A DNA stretch of 64,000 bases from Histomonas meleagridis 2922-C6/04-290x (Eukaryota > Protista > Parabasalia). The notes under the pieces are model-generated. The model had not been told where the DNA came from and ran no database searches. It saw only the letters and a program-made list of their open reading frames with translations. The position numbers were made by a program, and so were the translations under genes. Where the stretch lies: contig JAANOX010000030.1 of assembly GCA_020184695.1 (NCBI GenBank), positions 133,296 to 197,295 on the forward strand, given 5' to 3'. Below are positions 11,892-22,600 of the stretch, one piece after another; the stretch's first letter is position 1; each line of letters begins with the position of its first letter.

Positions 11892-12884
11892 TTACGGCTC
11901 TTTCCTAGCATGAGTTGGCTTTGCGCCAAATGTTACATTTTCATTCAAAACAAATTCTGAACTATCAAATCTTATACCGATTTCTTCATTTTTTTCACCT
12001 TGGAAGAAACAATTCTCCAAAGAAACAACGGAATCGACAGACTCAATGTAAATTGAATTCGGATCATTTTTACAGTTATTCCCGAAAAATTCACAGTAAG
12101 AAAAAGATGACTCATGAATAACATGGAAAGCACAAAATCCACCAGATCTATGGTCGGCTATGTTATTACTAAAAATTGAAAATTTTAATGTTCTTTTGGA
12201 TGGCTTCCATGCAAAATCAAAGAAACCAGCCGAAGTTTTGGCTTCATTGGAGTCGATGACTGAGTTCTCAAATATTCCGCCTCCATGATCACATCTAATT
12301 CCACCACACCACTCAATTGCTTTGTTATGTGTAATGTTGGTATACTTAACATGTGATAAAAAATTGGTTTTCTCGGTTCCATCAAGCATTAGTCCTCCAA
12401 TGAATTCTGCTTGATTATCAATAACTGTAATTCTAGTAAGGAATATTTGATCCGTTTGAGTATGGTAAGCACCTCCACCAAATCTTGCAGAGTTATTTTG
12501 AAATATTGAATTAGTGATGTTTACAATATTACATCCATCAGTAAAAATGCCTCCACCTTTGCCTGTGGTTGTACACCCAGTAAACGAACAGCCATAGATA
12601 ACAACATTACCACCCATATATTTTTTTCTTTTAGTAATTTTTTCATTAGTTAATTTTTTATCAGCATTGGAAATGTAAATTGGAGATCTTAGAAAACTAT
12701 TAAATTTAACATTCTGTGCATAAAGATTGGTTTGGGTAAAAGACAATAAAAATGGAGAAAAAAAATTGGTAAATCTAGAATTAGATATTTGAATATTACT
12801 TTGAAACATAAACTCTTGACCTGATATTAGAGCAGAATTCTTATAGAATGAATTTAAACATAATGAGATTAATGTTAAATTCAT
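11892..12884 (-). CDS. Pmp-like / pectin-lyase-fold right-handed beta-helix protein
   Basis: Repeated FxxN/C...GG(A/G)hydrophobic motifs: FTGCTTTGKGGGIF, FQNNSARFGGGAY, FSNNIADHRSGGF. Confidence 0.75.
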   Translation of the reverse strand: MNLTLISLCLNSFYKNSALISGQEFMFQSNIQISNSRFTNFFSPFLLSFTQTNLYAQNVKFNSFLRSPIYISNADKKLTNEKITKRKKYMGGNVVIYGCSFTGCTTTGKGGGIFTDGCNIVNITNSIFQNNSARFGGGAYHTQTDQIFLTRITVIDNQAEFIGGLMLDGTEKTNFLSHVKYTNITHNKAIEWCGGIRCDHGGGIFENSVIDSNEAKTSAGFFDFAWKPSKRTLKFSIFSNNIADHRSGGFCAFHVIHESSFSYCEFFGNNCKNDPNSIYIESVDSVVSLENCFFQGEKNEEIGIRFDSSEFVLNENVTFGAKPTHARKEP

Positions 12885-12966
12885 TCTATTTTTGAATCAG
12901 TTTATTTCACTTCTTTATGAAGCATTTTTTTAACGATTATATAAATAATATTTTTTAAAAATGGAT

Positions 12967-13038
12967 TCCGATATCGTTCATCGGTTAGGATATGTGGTTT
13001 TCATCCACGGGAGCGGGGTTCGACTCCCCGTATCGGAA
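12967..13038 (+). tRNA. trnE-TTC: tRNA-Glu (anticodon TTC)
   Basis: Cloverleaf: acceptor TCCGATA/TATCGGA, D arm GTTC/GGAT, anticodon stem TGTGG/CCACG with loop TT-TTC-AT, T arm CGGGG-TTCGACT-CCCCG, discriminator A. No intron. Confidence 0.96.
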
Positions 13039-13042
13039 TTAA

Positions 13043-13056
13043 TTTTTTCTTTTTTT
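13043..13056 (+). terminator. Pol III oligo-dT terminator of tRNA-Glu
   Basis: TTTTTT-C-TTTTTTT starting 4 nt after the discriminator base. Confidence 0.75.
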
Positions 13057-13368
13057 AAACAATTTTAATTCATTTGGTTTCAATTTTTTGTTACTAATTT
13101 TTCTTATTGTGTAATTTAAATTCATGCTTTCAGTGGCTTGATTTTTTGGTGTGAAACTAATTAATTTTTCAGATATAAATTTTCTATTTAAATTGATTAA
13201 CTTCCAAATTTGTATCACATAAATATATTCTAGATGTCAAAGTTTTGATCTGTTCGTACATCAAATATAAAATAAGTATTAATGTTTATAGTTCGAATTA
13301 AGATGTGAATTTTTTCTAATTTTAAACGTTCTTGAGTGAAAGTCGAATTAGTAAACGTCCAATTAATA

Positions 13369-15657
13369 ATGGAAGAAAACCTTGGAGGACAAGACCATTC
13401 TAATGATGCAAGAACCAGACAGGAATTTCAAGAGCTTTTTCACAATTTTCTTTCCACATTTAAGTTACCAAATGAAGATACTCCATATTATGAAAATCAA
13501 GTTCATGAAATGGTAGATTCTGAACTTACCACACTTTTTGTAGATTTCGAACACATATCTGCTTTCAACTCAGATTTGGCTGATGTAATTCAATTATATT
13601 ATTATCGCTTTGAATCATTACTTCAAAAAGCTCTCCTTGAATTTATCAAAGATGTTGATCCCAAGTATGCGCAGGATGATCGTTCTCTTGGGGAGCGTAC
13701 ATTCTATATCTCTATTGTCAATTATCCAATTCAATCAACAATCCGTGATATTCGTGCCTCTGAGATTGGTAAACTTTTCTGTATATCAGGTACAGTGACA
13801 CGTACCTCAGAAGTTCGTCCTGAACTTCTCAAAGGCACTTTCAAATGCAGAATATGCGGAGCCGAAATTCCTAACATTAGTCAAAATTTTCAATATACCG
13901 AACCAACTTCATGTTCATCCAAGACATGTGGCAACCATACTAAGTTTGAATTACGTACAGACAAATCATTATTTGTAGATTGGCAACGTGTTCTTGTCCA
14001 AGAAAACCCATCCGAAGTTCCTTCTGGTTCAATGCCCCGTACCATCGAAGTTATCTTACGTAATGATCTTGTCGAAACCACCAAACCTGGTGATCGATGT
14101 GTATTTGTTGGTACCCCAGTCGCAGTACCAGAAATTCCGCGTCGTTCAATAGGTGAACGTCTTCAACTCCAAAAGCCAGGCGGCTTTGAAACCGATGGTG
14201 TCACTGGAGTTCGATCATATGGCTCACGCGAACTTACATATCGATTATCATTTTTAGGCTGTTCAGCGAAACCTATTGAAGATGAAGACGAAGAAACTAC
14301 GACTGCAGATGCGGCTGAGATCCGCCAAATCCGTGATAGTTCTGATTTATATGGTAAACTTTCACGATCAATAGCGCCAAACATATATGGACATGATGAA
14401 ATCAAAAGAGGTATACTCTTAATGTTACTTGGCGGTGTCCAAAAGATTACTCCTGATAAGATTAAGTTAAGAGGAGACATTAACATATGTATTGTCGGAG
14501 ATCCATCTACAGCTAAATCGCAATTCTTAAAATTCGTCTCAAGTTTTATGCCTCGCGGAATATATACATCAGGGCAATCATCATCAGCTGCAGGTTTGAC
14601 AGCATCGGTAACAAAAGATTCCGAAACAGGCGATTTCACAATCGAAGCAGGCGCAATGATGTTAGCAGATCATGGCGTATGTTGCATTGACGAGTTTGAT
14701 AAAATGAACATTGTTGATCAAGTAGCAATTCATGAAGCTATGGAACAACAAACGATATCTATAGCTAAAGCAGGAATTCATGCGACACTTAATGCGCAGA
14801 CGTCAGTGTTAGCAGCTGCTAATCCGATTCATGGTCGATATGATAAATCGAAATCATTACGTGCGAACTTAAACTTAAGTGCGCCGATTATGTCACGTTT
14901 TGATCTTTTCTTTGTCATCATTGATGAATGTAAACCTGAATCAGATGAAAAAATCGCAAATCATATATTTGCAGTACATAGAGAATTAGACACATCACTA
15001 ACTGGAGAATACTTTTCACCAGAACAATTACGGAGATATATTAAATATGCGCGTAAATTAGAGCCGAAAATTACTGACGAATCACGTAAAGTATTAATCG
15101 AATCATATATCGATTTAAGACAAGATGATTCCGTTGGCGTCACACGTTCTTCTTATCGAATTACTGTTAGACAACTCGAAGCATTAATTAGATTAAGTGA
15201 AGCACTCGCGAAAATGAATCTCGATGAACAAGTTCGACCTGAATATGTTAAAGAAGCAACGCGATTATTAAAGCGTTCGATTATTCAAGTCGAATCTGAG
15301 GCAATTAATTTGGATATACCTTCGGATCAAGTGAAAGAGATCGAAGATAAACAACAAAGATCAATAACATTCGAACAATATCAAAGAATTGCAAAGTTCG
15401 TAATTATGCACTTGAGACAAATAGAAGAATTAAAAGAAATGGGAAAAATACAAAAAGATCATATCGAAACTATGGATACAATTGCAGATTGGTGGCTAAA
15501 GGAAAACGCAGAAACATATGGAAAAGTTGATGAGATTGCAAAAGACGTCGAAATTCTGAAATTAGTAATCGAAAGATTAATTAAAGTAGATAATGTATTA
15601 CTTGAAAATGAAACAGATCATTCAATATCAGTTCATCCGAATTACACCGATGAATAA
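13369..15657 (+). CDS. MCM6: DNA replication licensing factor MCM6
   Basis: Walker A GDPSTAKSQ, Walker B CCIDEFDKM, arginine finger IMSRFDL, zinc finger CRICG...CSSKTC and MCM6-type SYRITVRQLEALIRLSEA. ATG at 13369 is preferred over the GTG at 13336. Confidence 0.95.
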   Translation: MEENLGGQDHSNDARTRQEFQELFHNFLSTFKLPNEDTPYYENQVHEMVDSELTTLFVDFEHISAFNSDLADVIQLYYYRFESLLQKALLEFIKDVDPKYAQDDRSLGERTFYISIVNYPIQSTIRDIRASEIGKLFCISGTVTRTSEVRPELLKGTFKCRICGAEIPNISQNFQYTEPTSCSSKTCGNHTKFELRTDKSLFVDWQRVLVQENPSEVPSGSMPRTIEVILRNDLVETTKPGDRCVFVGTPVAVPEIPRRSIGERLQLQKPGGFETDGVTGVRSYGSRELTYRLSFLGCSAKPIEDEDEETTTADAAEIRQIRDSSDLYGKLSRSIAPNIYGHDEIKRGILLMLLGGVQKITPDKIKLRGDINICIVGDPSTAKSQFLKFVSSFMPRGIYTSGQSSSAAGLTASVTKDSETGDFTIEAGAMMLADHGVCCIDEFDKMNIVDQVAIHEAMEQQTISIAKAGIHATLNAQTSVLAAANPIHGRYDKSKSLRANLNLSAPIMSRFDLFFVIIDECKPESDEKIANHIFAVHRELDTSLTGEYFSPEQLRRYIKYARKLEPKITDESRKVLIESYIDLRQDDSVGVTRSSYRITVRQLEALIRLSEALAKMNLDEQVRPEYVKEATRLLKRSIIQVESEAINLDIPSDQVKEIEDKQQRSITFEQYQRIAKFVIMHLRQIEELKEMGKIQKDHIETMDTIADWWLKENAETYGKVDEIAKDVEILKLVIERLIKVDNVLLENETDHSISVHPNYTDE

Positions 15658-15700
15658 AAATTAAATATATTGAAAGAATTTTTTATTTAACAAATGTTTG

Positions 15701-17203
15701 TTATTGTTGAAGTAATTGGACTATTTCTTTATGATCTTGTTTTGTTGCATAAAGAAGTGCTGTTATAAATAATTTGATGATTTTCCATATAATGTTTTGG
15801 AATATTATAATATTAGTAGAAATATTAAATAGTTGAATAAAAGATTTTTATGATTTATATCAATTCCTGGTTGTTCTATAAGAGTTTTAACAATTTCGAT
15901 ATTACCTTTTAAGGAAGCATACATCAATGCTGTATTAAATGATTTAAGTGATTTCCAAATATTATTTTAAAATCAAAAATTATTGAAATAAGTATTAAAA
16001 AACATAAAATAAAATCACTAGCATTAATAATAATTCCTTCATGCTTAACAAGTAACTCAATAATATCTTTATAACCTTTTTTAGCTGCTAAAATAAGTGC
16101 TGTTTCAAATACTTTTGATAATTTCCAAATATTATTTTGAAATCCAAAATTATTAAAATAAAAACGCAATAAAACAGAAAAACATTAATAGAATTAACAT
16201 CAATTTCTTTTCGAATAAGAAGCAATTTAACTATATCTGTATATCCTTTATTAGATGCTTCAATAAGTGCTGTATCAAATAATTTAAATAGTTTCTATAT
16301 ATTATTTTGAAATATAAAATTGTAATAATTAACATTTAATAAGACAAAAAAATATTTTTTACATTAATATCAATATCTTTTTGCATTAGAAGTAATTTAA
16401 CAATATCTATGTAACCTTCTCTAGATGAAGTTATAAGTACTGTGTTAAATAATCAAAGTAATTTCCTAATAATATATTGAAATTATAAATTATCAAAGCA
16501 AAATGAAAACATAATAAATAAATAGCTTTAACATTAACATCAATTCCTTCTTTCTCAAGAAGTGATTTGACAATTTCTGTATGTCCACGTGAAGATGCAT
16601 AAATAAGTGCTGTTTCAAATTAAATGTATAATTTCCAAATATTATTTTGAAATATCAAAATATCAAAATAAAAATTAAATTTAACAAATAAATGTCTTTA
16701 GCATTAAAATCAATACCTTTTTGTGCAAGAAGTAATTTAACGATTTCTATATAACCACCATAAGATGCTTTCATAAGTGCTGTACCAAATATTATAAGTA
16801 ATTTCCATATATTATGTTTAAATATAAAATTGTTTTTAAAAATTCTAAACAAAACAAATAAAAATCTTTAGTATTTATATCAATTCCTTTTTGTTCAATA
16901 AGTAATTTAATTATTTCTAAGTGGCCATTTATAGATGCGTACATAAGTGCTGCCCAAATTTATTAGAATAAATACCGAATATTATTTAAAAATATTAAAT
17001 TATTAAAGTAAATATTAATTAAAACAAATAAATATCTTTATCATTAATATCAAACACATCTTGTTCAAGAAATAATTTGAATAATTCAGTATATCCGTTT
17101 TCAGATGCATATATAATTGCGTTTTTAAATGTTTTGAATAATTTCCAAAAATTGTTTTGAAACTACAAATTATATTATTAAATTCTATAAAAAATAAAAA
17201 ATC
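15701..17203 (-). repeat. Tandem array with exact 170-bp period (90-nt ankyrin block + 80-nt spacer)
   Basis: The T-A-L codon triplets lie at 15755-63, 15925-33, 16095-103, 16265-73, 16435-43, 16605-13, 16775-83, 16945-53 and 17115-23. All eight intervals are 170 bp. Confidence 0.95.
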
Positions 17204-18373
17204 ATTTTTTTCTTTGATATTAATATATCCATTCTTTATTAGATAAAGAAAAAGCTCTTTATTTACGTATGTTGGTGATGTTTTATACAAATTTATTGAT
17301 ATTGGATTTTTTTCAAGTAAATATTGCAATAGGAATAAATTTCCATTTTTTATTGCTTTGTAGATAAGATATTCATCAATTTTCATTCCATTGTCTAATA
17401 AAAATGAAAAAATTTCGTAGTTATCATATAAAATACAGAACTTCCCTAATTTTTCCATGTTTTTAATAGTATCTAATTTATTTTCATAAATATATTTAAA
17501 AACATCATTTCGATGAAAAATAATTGCTATTTCATATGACCATTCAAACAATGCATGATTATGTTCACACAAATGAATGATTTCTTCATTTCCACCTGCA
17601 ATTGCATATTTAATTGTGTTATTTACTTTTTCATTATTCATAAGTAAATATTTAAAACATTTAACTGATCCAAAAAATGCTGCATAATCAATTAGTGGAA
17701 CATTTTCTTGATTAACAAAAGAATATCTTTCATAAAGTGATGGTTCAATTGTTTGATTAAAATCAAAATTTGATTGCGATGATATTTCTTGAAGTTTTTC
17801 TATTTCATCATTTCGAATTATTTTTGATATTTCATTTGGATTAACTCCTTCTTTAACATATTTCTTATGAAGTTCAAAATCATTCTTTGAAAGTTCATCA
17901 ATGTTCTGTAAAAAGTATTGCGAAAATTGAGCGTTTGGATAAATTTCATTGGTCATATGAGCAAAATAACATGTGGATTTGTTGCTGATGTAATTTTTTG
18001 GGTCTAATAGGTCATTCTCAATCATTTTTTCAATAAGATAATTAGATTCTTGAGAATTAACTAGAAATATGAAATGTGCAAAAGTATCAATGATTTTATA
18101 AGAATTATTAAAAATATCATTTACTTTGGATTCAAGTTGCTTTAAATATTGAAAACATATATCACTTTGACCTTTCGAAATGAAGTATGAATATATGATT
18201 CTACAAATAGAGAAAATATATGAATAAGGGTATGTTTCATCATAATAAACTAATGATGATTCAACAGATTCATTTATTTTATCGATTTCTAAATTAAAAA
18301 TGATCTGTTCAAGGAACACTAATGTGTTAACCGCCTTCCGATTTCCTATTTCATTATTTTGTTTTACATCCAT
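15701..18373 (-). CDS. DUF3447-ankyrin repeat protein whose C-terminal ankyrin repeats are interrupted nine times by 80-nt spacers
   Basis: Continuous N-terminal frame from 18373 (IDYAAFFGSVKCFKYL, AIAGGNEEIIHL). Then nine stop-free ankyrin blocks beginning at 17123, 16953, 16783, 16613, 16443, 16273, 16103, 15933 and 15763, for example TALIYASSRGHTEIVKSLLEKEGIDVNVKA, ending TALLYATKQDHKEIVQLLQQ* at 15701. A full-length product requires removal or bypass of the spacers (inference). Confidence 0.8.
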
Positions 18374-18576
18374 TAGGAAAAAAAAATATTTTTTGGCGAT
18401 AATTTGGTCAAATTTTTGAATATATAACCGAAATCATTTCCCACAATTGTAAACTACTCAATAAATTCAAAAAAGTGGAGAAATAAACTTCTAAAAACAG
18501 ACACCGATACAGTTCGAATGAAAAAAAATTTAGTTGTGCGAAAAAGAAAAATCAGAATTCTTTACCATAGTCATAA

Positions 18577-19035
18577 TTACTCTAATGATCCTTGTACTGT
18601 TGTACGATCTTCTTCACTTTTTGCATAGAAATCAGATGCATTGACTTCAAACGAAGGAGGTTCTTTTTGTAATAAGGGTTTTCGTGGAGGCCCAACAACA
18701 AAATGACATATTAACATGAGTACAAAGACGACCCAAAAGAATACTGAGACAACGATTTGAAACGTATATGATGTTGAAAAAACAAAGAATCCCATAAATA
18801 AATACATAATTGCTTTTCCCCAGAATGTGAGAAGAAATGAGAAATATCTGAGTGGAGAAAAGATATAAATTTCGATGAAAATTAGGGCCAAGCTAAATAC
18901 AATGGTGAAAAGGGCAAGGATTAAACCATTAACAGTAAAGTGTGTAAAAATACCAACAAGTGCGCACACAATACCTAGAGCACTTACGATGATCGAAATA
19001 ATCTGGAGAACGAGTTGAAACACTTCTTTTCCCAT
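18577..19035 (-). CDS. COPI-associated (Tvp15-like) multi-pass membrane protein
   Basis: Four hydrophobic helices and the motif IEIYIFSPLRYFSFLLTFWGKAIMYLFMG, typical of the COPI_assoc family. Likely start MGKEVF at 19035. Confidence 0.7.
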   Translation of the reverse strand: MGKEVFQLVLQIISIIVSALGIVCALVGIFTHFTVNGLILALFTIVFSLALIFIEIYIFSPLRYFSFLLTFWGKAIMYLFMGFFVFSTSYTFQIVVSVFFWVVFVLMLICHFVVGPPRKPLLQKEPPSFEVNASDFYAKSEEDRTTVQGSLE

Positions 19036-19661
19036 TCCAAATGAGCGGAAACAGTTTTTATTCAATTTTTTGTGTGTATTGCGGGGGGTTTTTGCGAATT
19101 TTTACAGTCAAAAAAGTTTGCTTGTCAAGCTGTAATTCCGAACAAAAAATTCTCATAGTCAAAATTGGACAGCAGTGGAGTGATTATCAATTTGCTTGAT
19201 GTACTTTCCTTTGTTTTAATTGATTTTAGCTTCTCTTGGTTCTAAGCATATTAAATTTAAAATAATGTATTTCAATTTTGTTTTTTTTGTTATAAAAAAA
19301 GTTTCTTGCTAGGGTTTCTTATAATATGAGCAATTTCATGATGAAAATTCTATATGAATTAGCAAAATTAAGGTGTTTGTTATTGTAAGAATTGTTGATA
19401 CATCTCCACTTATATGAATCTTTTCATGATTTCTTATTTATCTGCACCAATTTATTATAAAAATTTTATTCTACATATGTTTACGATGTATTGGTGTTAT
19501 TTCCTCATAAATGTTGCAATGATTTTTATCAACATAAAATTTTATTCAACTTCTCGAAGTGTAATATTACTCAGTGTATTTAATATGTTAAAGTTAATAA
19601 AACACTTATTGATACAATATTCATAAAAATAGTTTTAAAATATTATTTAAAAAACATTTAT

Positions 19662-22600
19662 TTAATAAGAAAGAGAACAAATCATTGCAACGCCTCTTTT
19701 GATCCAATAAGACTCAGGTTTATCAGAAGGTAATTCTATTGTCATTACGTAATTTGTACTATGTCCAGTTGTACTTAATTGCCCTTTTCTTGTACCAATT
19801 TTATATAGCGGACAATTATAAATTCCATTTTTTGGTGGCTTCCTGTTACTTACTGGTATTAATTTAATTGGCGGCATTTGTTGATATAATTCTTTTGGAT
19901 TTGGGTCTGTAATTATCTTTTTATTTCTATCCCAAGCAGCTCCTTCGATAAATAGTCCTTTAATTATCACGCCATCGTTTGGTCTTTCATTGATTTCGTT
20001 CTCGTCATTGATCACATCGAACGCAAATGATACAGTGTCGACTCCAATTTGTGTCTTTCTGGCGTAGTTTTGTTTGATTCCTGTTAGAAATGATTGCTGA
20101 ATAAAGAATCCGGAGATCCAATATATTAATGGAGGACCATTTTCTATCCAATCATTAAAGAATTTCACACGTAACTTTAAGTCTATTATCCAAGAAGATA
20201 AAGGTTTTGTTGAAGGATAACCAGAGTTTTCCCATAATTTAGGAACGAAATTATCATAAATTGAATTAGAGATATCTTCTAATTCTTTGTTCATTACGAT
20301 TATACCCTTTAAAGCTTTTAGTAAATCTTTTAATGATTTCGTTACTATAGTTATTAATTTATTAAACATTTCCGTTTGTTGTATTAATACTGTGTTCATT
20401 GAGTCGGAATATTTTTGTGGATATTTTTCACTTATTAATTTTTGATCGAATAATTTTGGTACTTCTTTAATTATATCTTTTGTAAGGTCATAAATTATAT
20501 TTTCTTTTGATTGATTTTGATTGTTTACTATTAATTCATTATTCGAAGATTGTAATAATAATAAATTATTAAACATTGAAAACGTTTCATTTTGTTGATA
20601 AGTAATTTCAGCGTTTGAATGTAATCCAAATAAATCAGGCGAATCATTAATAGGAAATTGTTTTATTGTGTTTAAATACATTTTAATTGATTGTTCAGGT
20701 AATGATAAATAATTTGGATTCTCCGTAAATTGATAATTATCATTCATAACTTTGGGCGTATAAAAGTCATCAAGAATTGATAATAAAGTTCTTCGATCCC
20801 AATCATCAGTAACTTTACCACCATAATTAATTTCACCAGTTAAATATTTTAATACTTTAAATGGCACATTTTCATATAAATTCAAAAACATTTTTAATTG
20901 TTTTTGTGATATTTCTAAATCGCCATTATTCCAATCATAAATTTGATTAAATCCTAACGATCCATATTTCCTTCTTTCTAAGATAATCGCATGGAAGAAA
21001 CATAATGCATATATTAACTTATGATATTCAAATAATTTCTTAATATCATTTAACATTTTATCATCAAATTGTGACATTGATTTTAATAAATTAGAACGAA
21101 TACCTTTCGGTGGTTCATTTGTCATTTTAATACCTTTTTGTAATATCGAAACTGGAAAATCTTTAGATGGCATTGAAGTTAACCATAATCTAAAATCACG
21201 ATTAATTTCATCTGGTTTAATGTTCTCAATTAACATCTCTAACTTAGGTAACCATGAAATAGCTAAATGACAATTTTGTAATAATAACCAATGCCCTCGA
21301 TCCATAGCTTCTATCATTTTCGCTTCTGCTTTAGGTCCTTGTCCTTGACCTAAAGATATTGATGAGAACTTTTTACCAAATGATTTCTTCTCGGCGAATT
21401 TTGTTAATTCTGATAATGGATCAGCACCTACAGATAATATGAATATTAATGGTGTAGAAACAGTTGAATCTGAAAATGAAGAATTTAAATCAAATTGTGG
21501 TGATTCAAGAAATTGATTACCTAATTTATTTGATATTAATTCTTGGATTGCATTGATGATTGAATCAGGTCGAATAACTCTAAGTATTAAAAGTCGTTGA
21601 AACTCAGTAAGTTTCGATTGCCATTCATTAGGGAAAATACATTTAGACGCGTTTTCTGAATCGAAAATTTCTTTCCATAATTTTATATCTTTAATAAATG
21701 AGTTTAAAAATCCTTTAAAGTTAGGTAATAAATCTAATGATTTAATTTCATTCCAAATTTTGATGGTTATCCAACTTGGATCAGGATTAGGTAATGATTC
21801 GATGTTTTTAGAAGGACCAGAAATCAAAAATCGTAATTCTTCTGAGTTAATTTCATTATTACTTTGCATTATTTTATAACATAATAAAAATGAAAACATT
21901 TGTTTATGTCGTTCGAACATTGATCTACAAATATTATTATAAAAATTAATAGTAATTGTATTAATTAATGAATTTAATCGAATTTCTAAGTCATCTGAAT
22001 TAGGTGTATTATTTATACATAATCCAAAGAATGATATATACCATTCAAGTGAATATTGATACATTGGATCAATTAAAAACAAATTTGATATACAAAAGAA
22101 TAATAACGAACCTCTAAACGCAACTTTTTGATAATTTTGTCGAGATTTATCAATTTCGATTTCAGTTTCTTCTGTTTCTTTAACTTGTTTTTGTATATTT
22201 TGTGACATTTGATTTGATTCAGTTAATGTATTAATTAATTCTAAATCATCCAAAAGTTTATTAGGATCAGTATTCTCTAATAATGATAACATTTTAGTTT
22301 GAATTTGATGAAGTTTCTTTTTATTTTGTGAATTCTTAATGACTAAAGAAGATTTCATTTCTTCTAAATCAGGTCGTTCTTTAGCTACTGTTAAAGCTAA
22401 AAGTTGTTCTTCTAAACCTGTTTGAGTACAAGTAAAATCTAATAATGAAACTTTAGCAGATAATTCTGGTGAATAATTGGGATTCGGTAATTGAGTTGTA
22501 ATATATAATTTGAAATCCCAATTATAAGGGATAATAGTATCACCTATTTTAATTACATCTGCACCACTTTGTTTATATATTTGTTTTTGTAATATTGGAT

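Noticed and set aside
14163-14639. 158-aa antisense ORF inside MCM6, and similar short shadow ORFs in PI4K, dynein and the cyclase
   Set aside because: Antisense or alternate-frame shadows of real genes, with no domain signal.
15755-17123. CRISPR-like array (regular period, conserved motifs)
   Set aside because: The conserved units encode ankyrin protein and are degenerate at the DNA level. There are no cas genes and the context is eukaryotic. The 26-bp repeat at 62277 has no spacers.
15764-17203. Ankyrin spacers as ordinary GT-AG spliceosomal introns
   Set aside because: GT at spacer positions 9-10 is present in only five of nine. Pairing it with the AG inside ACA-GCA gives an out-of-frame junction and deletes the conserved Thr-Ala codons. 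No ACTAAC branch point is present, and AT-AC phases do not fit either.
15764-17203. Ankyrin spacers as 81-nt coding insertions each shortened by a sequencing error
   Set aside because: This would need exactly one loss in each of nine spacers, and three spacers have stops in both relevant frames in an order that a single indel cannot fix.
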